This document shows, one piece after another, positions 37,791 to 50,528 of a DNA stretch of 64,000 nt. The notes under the pieces are model-generated. The model was not told the origin of the DNA. It saw only the letters and a program-made list of their open reading frames with translations, and searched no databases. Made by a program: the position numbers and the translations under genes. The stretch is from Octopus sinensis (lineage: Eukaryota), in contig NC_042997.1 of NCBI RefSeq assembly GCF_006345805.1, positions 18,228,001 through 18,292,000 on the forward strand, in the 5' to 3' direction. Every line of letters starts with the position of its first letter. Positions within the stretch are counted from its first letter, which is position 1.

Positions 37791-39939
37791 GTAAAACTGG
37801 GTCTTCAGAAAGAAGAAGTACCTGCATTTAACCAGAATGTGGATTAATTTGGTTGAAGCTTCCTAGTGCTCTCATTACAGTTTAATAAAAAAAAAAAAAG
37901 GGGGAAGGCAATAGAAATTAATTTTCAAATAACTTTTCCCTTGATGGAATGTCATGTCACATTTGGATTAATGGTACATGGGAAAATGAAGTCAACACTG
38001 GATAACAAGGAAATATAACCAGTATTGTTGTGCCATTAAGGCTACATTCAGAATGATGTCTGCCTTGGCTGACAAGTAATTTTGAAACGTTATGAGAAAG
38101 ATTAAATGTAGATTGCATTTTTTAAATGTAGGTAGATATACATAGAAATGGTTGTTAATTTTAATTTTTTTTATTTTACTGCTTGCTGTTGTTTGAATTG
38201 ATAGTTCATGTGATATAGGTTAACACAGAAGGTGAAGAGGGGTCAAGCTTAAAATGAGGACTGTATGTAAAGCAGGTTGAATGAGCAGTTACATTTTTGG
38301 CTGTTGATAAGCAACAAGGGTTAAGTCTTATTTCAAAGAAAAACAGCCATTGAAATCTAATTCTCTCTGCTTATTTGAGTAAAGAAATGAGACTTCCTTC
38401 CATCTTCTTGTTCATGTAAGCAGTCATTAACCAATGTAAGTCAAGATTTTGTTGTTTTCCTATTCTCCAAAGAAATGTCACCAGAAAATAAACCCAAATG
38501 AATGCATGAGTATATGGTTACCAGGAGTCTTTCAATAAAACTAGCATGCAACTGTCACTCCCCACAATACATAATATTACCCTACACCATTTTTAAGTTG
38601 ATGGAAGATTTTTGACTCTTTGATGAGTTGATCTGCCCTCAAAGACAGATATGGCTTTTTGTTCTGTTTCTGTGTCCATTTTCTATTCGCACATCAGAGT
38701 AAGACCCTAAAATGGCTTTGCCAATTTTGTTACTGACAGCCCTATATAACAACAATAATGATGATTTCTATTGTGGCATCAAGTCACTCATTTGTTGGGA
38801 GGGGACAGGTACCAGGTACTTTATTTTACTTCAAATGGACTTGTACTCAGAAAAATGGGATGTAACTAAATAATGCAAAGCAGGGTTGGACTTTCTTGAT
38901 TCTGTCACTCTTCTATTGTACAAGGTCAAAAGCTTAGTCTATTTAACAGCTAAACTGGAGTCATAAAGGCAAGTTCTTTATGTTGATGATCACCCCATAC
39001 AGTCTGCTCCTTGTCAAACTTCTCTCCAACTGCTGTATTCCCCCCTCACCTCCATCTCCCACTCTTCCTCACAAACCTACCCCCCCCCCGCACATAATAT
39101 GTCCCCTCTTATTCACAACATACCCTCCTGATACCTTTTTCCTTCAACCTGTGTCCACTCACTATGTTTCCACCTCTGTCTCACAGTCTTCTGCAATCTC
39201 ATGAAATCACCCACCTTCTCACCCTCACCAAGCCTCAGCCCACTGCACTGTGTACACACCTCTCTGTAACTTGGGTATCCACCCCTATCACACCTTCACC
39301 ATCTCTCTCACCTCTCTTTTTCCCTCTCTCTCTCTTCTCTCTCTCTCTACTCACTCTCTCTTTCTTCTCTCTCTCCCTCTCTCTCCCTCCTCTCTTCTCT
39401 CACTCCCTCTCTCTCTCACACTCTCTCTACTTTCTCTCTGTTTGTCTGTCTGCCCCTTTCTCTCTCCCCTCTCCCCCCTCTCTCATGCTATTGCAGACAG
39501 CAACAGCAAAGCTTGGCTCAGTCTTCTGGCTTGTCAATTCCAACTGAACCATCCAACACATACCAACATGGAGAATGGTCATTAAATGATGATGAGGATG
39601 ATGATGATGATGATGTTGGTCTGGTATGCATTTTAACAAAGAAAGAAAGAAGAAATTTGAATTCAAATCATAACTAAATTTTGCAAGGCATTTATCTACA
39701 GCTCTCTTGATACTACTACTCCTCTGGCTAATCAATAAGAGCAGCAGTAGCAGCAGTAGCAGCAACGACACCAACAAAACATAAACAATGATGATCATTT
39801 CTGTGACATAACAAAGAACAATTACAATTTGTGTGAGGGTTGAGATAAAATTGGGTGAGGGAAAATATGAAAATAAATTAATTAACTAATCAGTAAATAA
39901 TAGTTATCTATATTACAAAAAAAAAATAATATAATTATA

Positions 39940-40155
39940 ATGGTTTCAAATTTAGGCACAAGTCCAGCAATTTTATGGGAGGGGGTAAGTCGTTTATATC
40001 AACCCCAGTGATCAGCTGGTACTTATTTTATCGACCCTGAAAGGATGAAAGGCAAAGTCGACCTTGGTGGGATTTGAACTCAGAATGTAAAGATACATGA
40101 AATGTCGCTAAGCATTTTATCCAACATGCTAATGATTCTACCAGTTCGCTGCCTT
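39940..40155 (-). mobile_element. SINE family A copy, partly CpG-decayed
   Basis: Family A core, reverse complemented. Confidence 0.85.
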
Positions 40156-40198
40156 AACAACAACAACAACAACGATGATGATGATGATGATAATAAGG

Positions 40199-40260
<62 letters not shown>

Positions 40261-40335
40261 AAGAAGAAGAAGAAGAAGAAGAAGAAGAGGAACAACAACA
40301 ACAGCAATAACAATAATAGTAATAATTCCAACACC
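40156..40335. repeat. Compound (CAA)(GAT)(AAT)(AAG) trinucleotide microsatellite
   Basis: Direct reading; explains four overlapping homopolymer ORFs. Confidence 0.95.
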
Positions 40336-41659
40336 AACAATGTTTATTATTTCTATAAAATAAAGGTTTTGACAAAAAATTCCAACAATTTTGTCCCAGA
40401 TGGTTAAACATTGAAACTCAATGCAAAAGTTTGTCTTTACATCTAAGGAAGCAATCTTGAAAATACATATCAGTGGTTGTCTGGTTAGTTATGAAACATG
40501 TCAACCATTCCAACATGTCATTAATAATTATTCTTAAATAATTTTAAGCTAATTTCATTCTCCATCCTCACAACCGCTTTGATGACATTTTTTCTTCCTA
40601 AACATCTCATATGCAGCACAGCAAGATCTCTCTTTGTGAGACACTCTTCAGTCACATTTTGTTTCAAATGTCACTGATAAACTATAAACAGATCAATTGG
40701 AAATTAATTGGTACTGACAGTCAAAGTTTCCCTTGTAAATTTGCTTGTCATATCATAATGGCTTATAGTGAAATCTTTTCAAATTCAATGTCTAGAACAG
40801 TGAAGGATAACTTGAATGAAAAGTAAAACAAAGAAAATAATTTTGTAATATGCCACTAAAAACAAACATAAAATATGGAAAAAATAAAATCTTGCCAAAG
40901 GAAAAAAAAGCTCAAAAATATTTTAAAAATGGAAAGAAGAAAAAGACATTTAATGATAAGGGCACAGAAAAGGATTTTAAGGGAAACTTTAAAAAAGTAC
41001 ATTACAACAAGGGAGTGTTCGTGGGAGATAATAATATAGAGTTGGCAGATAAAATTAAGTATTTACTGGTTTGACAAAATTCTTTTCACTTGCTTGGAGT
41101 TATAAAATAATAGGAAAACGTGTTAAATTTTGTGGTGTGGCTTATGTAAGTATCAGTTTCTAAAATGATTACATTGAAATAAAAATATAATTTTGATATC
41201 ATCTTGTCAGCTTTCTGTTTATAAAATTTGTTACTGAATTTTTATTTTACAATTGATGTTTTCCAGTTTATTGAAATTTTTGAATACAAAGAGTGAATTT
41301 CTATAAAATTTAGAAGTAGTGGGAAAAGGTTGTGTTTTAATTTATATCTCCTTTTCACCCTTCATTGTATAGTAAAATTTCGATAAATATCTGGATTTTC
41401 AGAAATATATGGAAAGCTGTTTGCAATAAAACTACTAAAGTGAAATTTGTTGAATGATTTGGACTGGAGAACAGCAAAGGTGGATAAAACAGTAGAACAG
41501 CATATGAAATGCATTATATTATACCTGCTCCCATATATTATTATGTAATATCTCGAAATTATGAATTTGAATTTCTCATAATTTGACTTTATGTTGCATC
41601 ACTCAGTACTGAGGTGTGATAGAAGGAATAATTAAAATATGTGCTAATAATATACAATA

Positions 41660-41875
41660 TTACTTGGTGAACTGGCAGAATCGTTAGCATGCCAGGTTAA
41701 ATCGTGGCATTTCGTCTGTCTTCATGTTCTGAGTTCAAATTCTGCTGGGGTCAACTTTGCCTTTCATCCATTCAGGGTTGATAAAATAAGTACCAGTTGA
41801 ATACTGGGGTCAATGTAATCAACTTACCCTCTCCCTGAAATTGCTGACCTTGTGCCAAAATTTGAAATCAGTAAT
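41660..41875 (+). mobile_element. SINE family A copy, CpG-decayed
   Basis: ggtcaactttgcctttcatccattcagggttgataaaataagtaccag. Confidence 0.85.
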
Positions 41876-42159
41876 ATACAATGATAGATTCTATTGAATA
41901 TACCTCTATATTCCCACCTACGTAGGCTGTCTATGTATTTAATAAGAACAGGAACAACAATTATTTGGCTCCTTAAAGGGAAGCTAATTTGTAAATTGCA
42001 AAATTAAATTTCTAGGCTGCGAACCAGCATAACTGCAGTCTAATGACTAAAGCAAGTAAAAGGGTAATGGCTTGTAATTTGTCTTAAGAATAAATTAGTG
42101 AATAAAGATCAAGTTGCTTTCTTCCTAGCTTAAATTTTTTGAATGAATAAATGAAATTA

Positions 42160-43150
42160 AAATCAAAATTGCTGACGTGGTCAATGACAGTACCCCCTGA
42201 TTGGCACTCATGCCAGTGGAACGTTAAAAGCACATCTGAATGGCCCACTTATGAGTACCCCTCATTCATTGGACAACAAGCTTTGCTTGCGAATACCTAT
42301 TGAGGCAAGTGTAAACAAATCAAAATTGCTGACATGGCTGATGACAGTACCACCTGTTTGGTACTCTTGCCAGTGGAACGTTAAAAAGCACATCTGAGCA
42401 TGATCGTTGCCTGGGCCACGGATTGGCTCCCATGCCGGTGACACATGAAAAGCACTATTTGAACATGATCATTGCCAGCATTGCTTTACCGGCACATGTG
42501 CTGGTGGCATGTGAAAAACAACATTCAAGTGTGGTCGTCACCAGTGCCGCTGCACTGGCTCCTGTGCAGGTAGCACGTAAAAACACCTTTTGAGTGTGGT
42601 CGTTGCCAGAACCGCCTGACTGGTCCTCGTGCATGTAAAAGCACTCACTACATTCTCAGAGTGGCTGGCGTTAGGAAGAGCATCCAGCTGTAGAAACTTT
42701 ACCAATCAGACTGAGCCTGGTGCAGCTTCTGGCTCACCAGTCCTCAGTCAAACCTTCCAGCCCATGCCAGCATGGAAAGCAGACATTAAAAGACTCCGTC
42801 GGTTACGACGACGAGGGTCCCAGCTGATACGATCAACGGAACAGCTTGCTCGTGAAATTAACGTGCAAATGGCTGAGCATTCCACAGACACGTGTACCCT
42901 TAACGTAGTTCTCGGGGATAATCAGCGTGACACAGAGAGTGACAAGGCTGACCCTTTGAAATACAAGTACAACTCATTTTTGCCAGCTGAGTGGACTGGA
43001 GCAACGTGAAATAAAGTGTCTTGCTCAAGGACACAACGCGTCGCCGGGAATCGAACTCACAACCTTACGATCATGAGCCGAATGCCCTAACCACTAAGCC
43101 ACGCGCCCTCATGGAAAGCAGACATAAAACGATGATGATGATGATGATGA
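42160..43150 (+). mobile_element. RTE-associated 3' UTR with internal minisatellite, interrupted by a minus-strand family B-related SINE at about 42785-43092
   Basis: gcatggaaagcagacat occurs on both sides of the SINE; (GAT)n tail at 43131. Confidence 0.75.
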
Positions 43151-43419
43151 TGATCTTGTATCAATACCACTGCAAAAGTCATTTATAAGAGAAAATGATA
43201 GATGGAATATTTAAGGCTCTAAGATATGTATATACATAATTTCACCTTCTGACTTTAGTGTTTAACATGGGTGATAAAGAGATTCTAAGTAAGCTTGAAA
43301 ATACATATCAGAGCTAGTCTGGTTAGTTGTGAAAATGTCAACCTTTCCAAGATGTCATTAATTACTATACGTAAATAATTTAAGCTAATTTCAATTCCTA
43401 TTCACCATTAGTTTATTTT

Positions 43420-43788
43420 TTTATTCATTTACTTATTTCAGTCATTAGACTGTGGCCATTTTGGAACACCACCTTGAAGGGTTTTAGTGGAACAAATCAA
43501 CCCAAGGACTTATTTCTTAAACCTGGTACTTATACTATCAGTTCTTTTGCTGAACTGTTACTTTACAAAGATGTAACCACTCCAATGCCGGTTGTCAAGC
43601 AGACTTGGGGAACAAACACAGACATGAAGACACACACACACACACACACACACACAGATATGTATACATATACACACACATACACATATATATACTACAT
43701 TAAGTTGGCAACAAGGCATCACTTTATTGTGGTATTACTGTATAACTCTCTCTGAGAGATTTAGAAATGTAACATTTCTATTTTTACT

Positions 43789-43827
<39 letters not shown>

Positions 43828-43995
43828 CAAACAGGGTTCTTTCAGTTTCTGTCTACCAATCTACCAAATCTACTCACAAGGCTTTGGTTGACCTGAGGCT
43901 GTAGTAAAAGACACTTGCCAAGGTGCCATGAAGTGGGACTGAACCCAGAATCAGTTGGTTGGGAAGCAAGCGTCTTACCTAACAGTCGTGCCTGC
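43420..43995 (-). mobile_element. SINE family C, diverged, with internal microsatellites
   Basis: Reverse complement of the 52647-53047 type. Confidence 0.8.
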
Positions 43996-44335
43996 ACCTG
44001 TCCTTTTTTCTTTTTTTCTTTTTTCTTTTCTTTGTTTCTTTAAAATAGTTACCTATACATCTTGTTTGGAACACTGCAAAATAGTTTTTGTGTACTGTGA
44101 AATAGTTCTTTCACAATACCATATAGATACATACAGGGAACCACAGAGAGAGTAAATACCTAATCTAAGGTAAAGTTTATATTATTCTGATTAGGGGACT
44201 GTGTATTCTTGATGTTTCAACAATATTATTTAGTTGAAGATGCGAAGAGGAAATATCCCTGTGACTTTCTTAGACTCTCACAGTGAGTTCAATCTGAGGT
44301 GAATTAACTAAAGAATTCATATTAAATTTCTATAG

Positions 44336-44383
44336 ATCTCTGCTTGAAATGAAAATAAGGATAGGAAACAACTTTCAGGAGTG
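44336..44383 (+). CDS. Candidate 48-nt exon SLLEMKIRIGNNFQE(W)
   Basis: Acceptor aaatttctatag, donor GTG|gtaatt; phase 2-2 joins 56998-57042 in frame. Confidence 0.3.
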
Positions 44384-44910
44384 GTAATTTTATGGAGAGA
44401 AGATTTAGCAAAATGTTTGGTTTAGATTTAGGAGATCAGGTGATACACAAGTAGAATTATTTCTAGTGAGCATTCAGTATATTGGAAGACTTTGAATGGT
44501 TTACTGCTCGTAAGTTAAAAAGAGATGTGTAGAGTCACATATGAAACAAACAAACAGAACAAATAGCAGACCTATGGATTAACATTTGTAATATGTTAAT
44601 GAATAAATGTTTACCAGTCAGCAGAATAATTATTAGTTACTGAGGATATCTGTGTGTTTGGCAACAACATCATCCTATATATATATATATATAGGATGAT
44701 TACAATCACCCCATGGATATATATATATATTATATATATATATATATTATATATATATATATATATATATTATATTAAATTAGAGATAAAACCACTATTA
44801 GGCAAATCAAACAATGAAAAACATAAGCCAATACATAAAATTAATTAATTTATATTATTTTAAATATATATCAAAAGTATTAAAAGTTTAATAAAAGATA
44901 AAGAGTAAAA

Positions 44911-44980
44911 CACTACGATCGTTTCATGGCTGTACAATTCGTAATAATTCGAGTTATGGTTACAGTCAATCTTCAGGTAA
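44911..44980 (-). ncRNA. Hammerhead ribozyme motif with extended stem II
   Basis: CUGAAGA, stem II UGACUGUA/UACAGCCA, GAA, palindrome ACGAUCGU, GUA cleavage triplet. Confidence 0.6.
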
Positions 44981-45051
44981 TTGAAATATCTAAAATATAA
45001 TCAGAAATATTTAAACAATATTTTAAAGATATAAATAATATAATAATTTTA

Positions 45052-45091
<40 letters not shown>

Positions 45092-45411
45092 CAAGCAGTA
45101 TTTCACACTAGTGTCACACTTCAGCTTTGCAAAAAGTCAACAAATGATAAGGGCTGAATTATTTTCCAGTCATGAAGAAAAAACTTTATCTTCATGATGT
45201 TTTTCTTATATCTAAAACACCACAAGCCATGAAAGCTCATTAGGGATAAACTTTGGGTTTCAGGACTGGTTTTAACTATATATCATTTAAGTTTATGTGG
45301 AGAGTAGGGAAGACTTTTATTCTTGATACAATTAGTGGTTACGGTTTGGTGTTGTTTAAGAAGACTGGCTTGCTATATCTCTTCATTTGAGAATAAGTTT
45401 GAGATCTCTGT

Positions 45412-45954
45412 TCATGAAAAAATAATAATCTGCTGAGAGATGTCTATGCTGCATGCACATGGAATGAAATGTGTCCTGAGGTTTATGGAATGAAGCGTTG
45501 AATCATCTGCTGAGGAGTTTTTGTGGTTAGACATCACAGTGAGTAGTTCATTAATGTACAGAAATACAAGTTTAGAAGATAAAACAAAACATTGAGGTAT
45601 ACCAGAACTGATAAGATGTAAGACAGAATGAACCCATTCAATATTCCAGTCTGACAATAAACTTCTTATCCAAGAGATGAGAGATAGTTGGAGCCCATAA
45701 GCAGGAAATTTGCCAGAAGTTTTCTTATGTAAGATATGGTGGAAGAATTTGCTGACGTAAGGAGCAACAACAATATTTTGTCCCCTGAAGTTCTTAAGAG
45801 CGAGATAAGAAATATAATCAGTAATGTTTGAAGAGATTAATAGTGATTTGTGTTGGCAAAATCCAATATAACAAAAGTGAAGAAGGAAGCATTTTAGGTT
45901 GCCTGCTGTGAAGAAATGAAATATCTGCTTCAGGTAGAACCTTTTAAATTCCAT
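45412..45954 (-). mobile_element. Decayed CR1-group LINE reverse transcriptase
   Basis: SWIRSLLSD...SGIPQCFVLSSKLVFLYINELL...SSADDSTLH, corresponding to GVPQGSVLSP and YADD. Confidence 0.85.
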
Positions 45955-46289
45955 AACATTAGATAATTTCCCTCTTTCCAGCTATCTAAAACACCACAAT
46001 TTTTGCTTCTTTCATTGATATGATTTTCACAACAAAAGGAAAATTACACTGTAGAAAGCATTGAGTTCAAGCATGCATAGGAGAGAGAATGATTTAGTTT
46101 GATAAGTAATCCTATTTTAATTATTAATACCGGGAGCTGGCCTTGATAATTATGGATAGGATTTCTTAATTACATCTAGATTTTAAAGTTTTGACACAGT
46201 ATCAGATTCTATAATCTTCATTGGAGAATATTTTGTAAGTTGACATTGATAAAGAAAATGAATAGTTATTAGAGCTTACTGTTATAAGT

Positions 46290-46695
46290 ATTCTTTTATT
46301 CTTTTATTTGTTTCAGTCATTTGACTGTGGCCATGCTGGAGCACCGCCTTTAGTCGAGCAAATCGCCCCCAGGACTTATTCTTTGTAAGCCTAGTACTTA
46401 TTCTATCGGTCTCTTTTGCCGAACTGCTAAGTTATGAGGTTGTAAACACACCAACGTCGGTTGTCAAGCAAACACACACACACACACACGCACACACACA
46501 CACACACACATATATATATACATATATATATATATGATGGGCTTCTTTCAGTTTCCATCTACCAAATCCACTCACAAGGCTTTGGTCAGCCCGAGGCTAT
46601 AGTAGAAGACACTTGCCCAAGGTGCCATACAGTGGAACTGAACCTGGAACCATGTGGTTGGTAAGCAAGCTACTTACCACACAGGCACTCCTATG
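46290..46695 (-). mobile_element. SINE family C
   Basis: Reverse complement of the family C head and tail. Confidence 0.9.
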
Positions 46696-49547
46696 CCTAT
46701 GTGAACGATCAGTTGTATCTGAACAATCAGTTGAATAAGCCATATAGTTTTAGCATTCTAATGGACTAAACAAACTGTCAATAAGCCTTTATCAGATTCC
46801 TTGGTTTGTTAGATATAACAGCTAAGCCTCACTGAAATTGCCTTCTGCTGTCTTAAAAGGACAAAGAACTCACTGGATAATGCAGACTTAGATATATTAT
46901 ACTTACTCCAAAGAAGGAAGGGATAAATAAAGTTGGAACCTTTTAATCTGATGTCTGCTCAGTCATATAGCTAGCTAGTGATTAAACAACAGCCGAAAAT
47001 GTTATAAATAGCATCTACCAGGAAAAATTATAAAATAAAATGAAAAAAGTTTACTCTTATTTTGATTGTTATTATGATGTATGCAAAATAAAAAGATTTA
47101 TAAAACTCAATTACTCTGCTTGTGAAGATATGTGCAGAGTCTATTATATATGAATATGTACAGATAAATAGCAGATTAAATCCATACTATATAATTTCAT
47201 TATGGTATCAAAGTGGTCATCTACCTATGCACAAACACATAAAAATGTTTAACAATGTAAAGGACTTATTAGTTTTATGCTCTGTTATTAACAAAAGGAT
47301 TCAATTTATATGTACTGATAGAGTGAATGGTATTAGTTACATGTGTAACTGTACAACCCATATCAAAAAATACACAAAAATACTTTTTTATGCATTCTGC
47401 TTTCTCCCCACTTTTTTTAATAATATTTATATCAACACGATTTTTTCCTATTGGGGTTTGCAACTTTTATTAAAATACTCCTGCTGTTCGGTTTATTATC
47501 TATTGAAAGGATCAATTTCTTGGTGCCTACAGTTATCACACAGTGTCTAGAACAGATGCGTTATTTCCTATATGATTTTGCTGAACATAATCTGATGAAA
47601 GGCAAATCTAAATATAAATCTAATAATTTCTGAACTTTTGGAAATATATAAACATATTTTTTTTCTCTTTTTACACATGATCAATGATGCTTTTCTAGTA
47701 TAATATTAGTACACTTTTGTTTGCCTGAAACTATCCTCAAAATATGTAGACTACTACTTTTCTTTCACACTTATTTGTTAAAATAATCTCTTTAACAACA
47801 TTATGTAAATGTAAAGTAAATTTTTTATAATTTTTTTATATTAGAGAATTGTTTTTTTAGTTTAGAGAGGCCAAGATCTCTGGATGTCAACTTATTCATT
47901 TTGAGAGGTCTTTTGAGGTGAAAATGAGGCAATACTTTTATCGGTCATGGAAACATTTTTCCTACTTAAGGCATCCAATTGTAAAATAGCAACTAGTTCC
48001 ACTTCATTACAGAAGTGTTGTTGCTAGGAAGCACATTCAACAACAACAACAAAAAATTGAAAATTTATCTGTTCATCCATTCTTTGTAACTATGGTAGAA
48101 TCAATGAAAATTATTTCAAGCAATTTTTCTCCAACATTTTTTTTTGTTACTTTAGGAGCAGAAAATATTTTATGTGTCCTCACCTACAAAAGTCCAAAAA
48201 TTAGAATTACTTTGGAAAGAGGCATAACAAAATAGCATAGCTATTTGTTTGTTGATTTGAATGTTTTTGTATCCACAGGATTCTGATTTATTCACATATC
48301 AATTTGAGTTCACTTCACATTTTTACTTATCCTGCCAGTTAATTAAACAAGCCTCCTTCTGGAATACCTCTCATCCCTCTTGTTGATAGTACATAGTTTG
48401 AAAATCTTTTTCTTTTAAAGCAAGCATTTTAATAACTATTCAATTTCAGACTATTAAAATTAAAAAGATAATGAATTTTGTTAAAAGTCAGCTGAAAATA
48501 GATAATCATATGATGCTGACTGCAAGTCATACTGACTGCAAGTCACTGAAATCTAAGTTAATGACAACAGGTGCCCTTACTCATTTACTGACAAGTTGAA
48601 AAGGGCAACCAGCTATAAAATTAATTACTATAGCAATTATAAGTTAACATTCAGACTAATAACCTGTTGAACTAGAAAGTCGGTGAGTACAAACACAAGA
48701 TCAGCACTCATGAAAAAGTCCTCTAATATAGTTAATTTGTTTTCATTATTTACAATTTAACTGTGTACACATTAAAATTCTACAATACTGTTTTCCTTAT
48801 TTACAATTTAATACGTGCAGATGAAAATTCTACAATATTGTTAATTTGTTTTTGTTATTTACAATTTTAATATGTACAAAGATTTCTATTCAATTTGATG
48901 GCTATGCATATGTATTTTCAGTCCTGAATGTATTTTGTACACTCAGTTACAGTTTACATATATCAGACTTTTGTTACTCTGAGCAGCATGGGCATGGAAA
49001 TGACTAGTTATACCCGTATTTGATTTGGCTGCAAAGTCACAATTGGGGCAGTAATAGTTTGCAAGATTATTGATATTTTGATAAGTTTGTTTTCTGGTTT
49101 CATGCAACTGGTTATAGTGAGGAACTCTTGGTGCTTCAAATTTACTAGTCCTATATTACACTGGTCTTCCCCAATCATATCAACTTTCTGCAATATCCTC
49201 CCAGTCATTACTTTGCACGTTGAGGTGTTTCAAATTACCCATAATAACTGAACGCATTCCCTATTTCTCTTTCTATCATTATTTACAATTTCACTGTGTA
49301 CACATAAAAATTTTACTATACAGCTTTCCTTATATGCAACTTAATACGATGTGAGTTTTCTTTTAGTTGTCCATGAAGGTATGATGAAAATGGGCTGATA
49401 GTGTGAAGAATAGTGATATTCTGTCTATATGTAATATTCCCAATGTAGAAACTCCCTTAATCAGGACTCAACTGAGGTGGTGCAGTCATGTTTTGTGAAT
49501 GAATGATAATAGAATTCCAAAGTAACTCTTTTATGGACAACTATATA

Positions 49548-49977
49548 CGAGGGTGAGTTAAAAAGTAACACCATTTTGTTTAGGACAGGTATAATTACCA
49601 GCACAGGAACATGTATCATACATCAAAATGAAGCTGGTCCTCTGTAGATCACATTCCTACTTCTCAACATAGTCACCATTTCTCTCAGTAGCAATGTTCC
49701 ACCTTCAAATGAGAGCATGTATCTCTGCCCCATAAAATTCTGTTGACTGTTCTTTGAGCCACTTCTTCACTACAGTTTTCACTTCTTTGTCATTAGAATA
49801 ATGTTTGCCTCTCAAACACTCTTTCATGGCGCCGAAGAGATGATAGTCTGAAGACGCTAAATCTGATGAGTATGATCTACAGAGGACCATCTTCGTTTTG
49901 ATCTATGATACATGCTCCTGTGTTGGTAATTATACCTGTCCTAAACAAAAATGGCATTACTTTTTGACTCACTCTCA
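49548..49977 (-). mobile_element. Internally deleted mariner with TIRs of about 100 bp
   Basis: YSSDLASSDYHLFGAMKECLRGKHYSNDKEVK transposase C-terminus between long inverted repeats; TA at the left end. Confidence 0.9.
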
Positions 49978-50112
49978 CATATATACACACATGCACAATG
50001 GGCTTCTTTCAGTACCATCTACTAAATTCACTAAATGCCCAAGATACCATGCAGTAGAACTGAACCCAAGAGCAGGTGGTTGGGAAACTAACTTCTTAAG
50101 CATACAACTACA

Positions 50113-50149
<37 letters not shown>

Positions 50150-50150
<1 letters not shown>

Positions 50151-50395
50151 TCATCATCGTTTAACATCTGCTTTCCATGCTAGCATGGGTTGGACAGTTC
50201 AACTGGGGTCTGGGAAGCCCGAAGGCTGCACCAGGCCAGTCAGATCTGGCAGTGTTTCTACAGCTGGATGCCCTTCCTAATGCCAACCACTCCGTGAGTG
50301 TAGTGGGTGCTTTTTATGTGCCACCAACACAGGTGCCAGACGAGGCTGGCGAACGGCCATGCTCGGATGGTGTTTTTTATGTGCCACCGGCACGG
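50150..50395 (-). mobile_element. RTE-associated 3' tail
   Basis: catcatcatcgtttaacatctgctttccatgctagcatggg matches 61360-61465 in reverse. Confidence 0.85.
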
Positions 50396-50489
50396 ATATA
50401 TATATACATATATATACATATGTGTGTGTGTGTGTGTAGTCAGATTCTTACTATAGCTGCATGTTACTAAATAGTAAAGCCAGTTTGCC

Positions 50490-50528
<39 letters not shown>

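Noticed and set aside
40850-41074. Lysine-rich 74-aa ORF
   Set aside because: A-rich low-complexity sequence without splice support
42160-42650. CRISPR-like repeat-spacer appearance
   Set aside because: Repeats are degenerate, spacers resemble each other, there are no cas genes, and the array is part of a eukaryotic retroelement tail
49863-49869. CUGAUGAG hammerhead core
   Set aside because: Lies at the transposase/TIR junction of a mariner, with no GAAA or pairing stems
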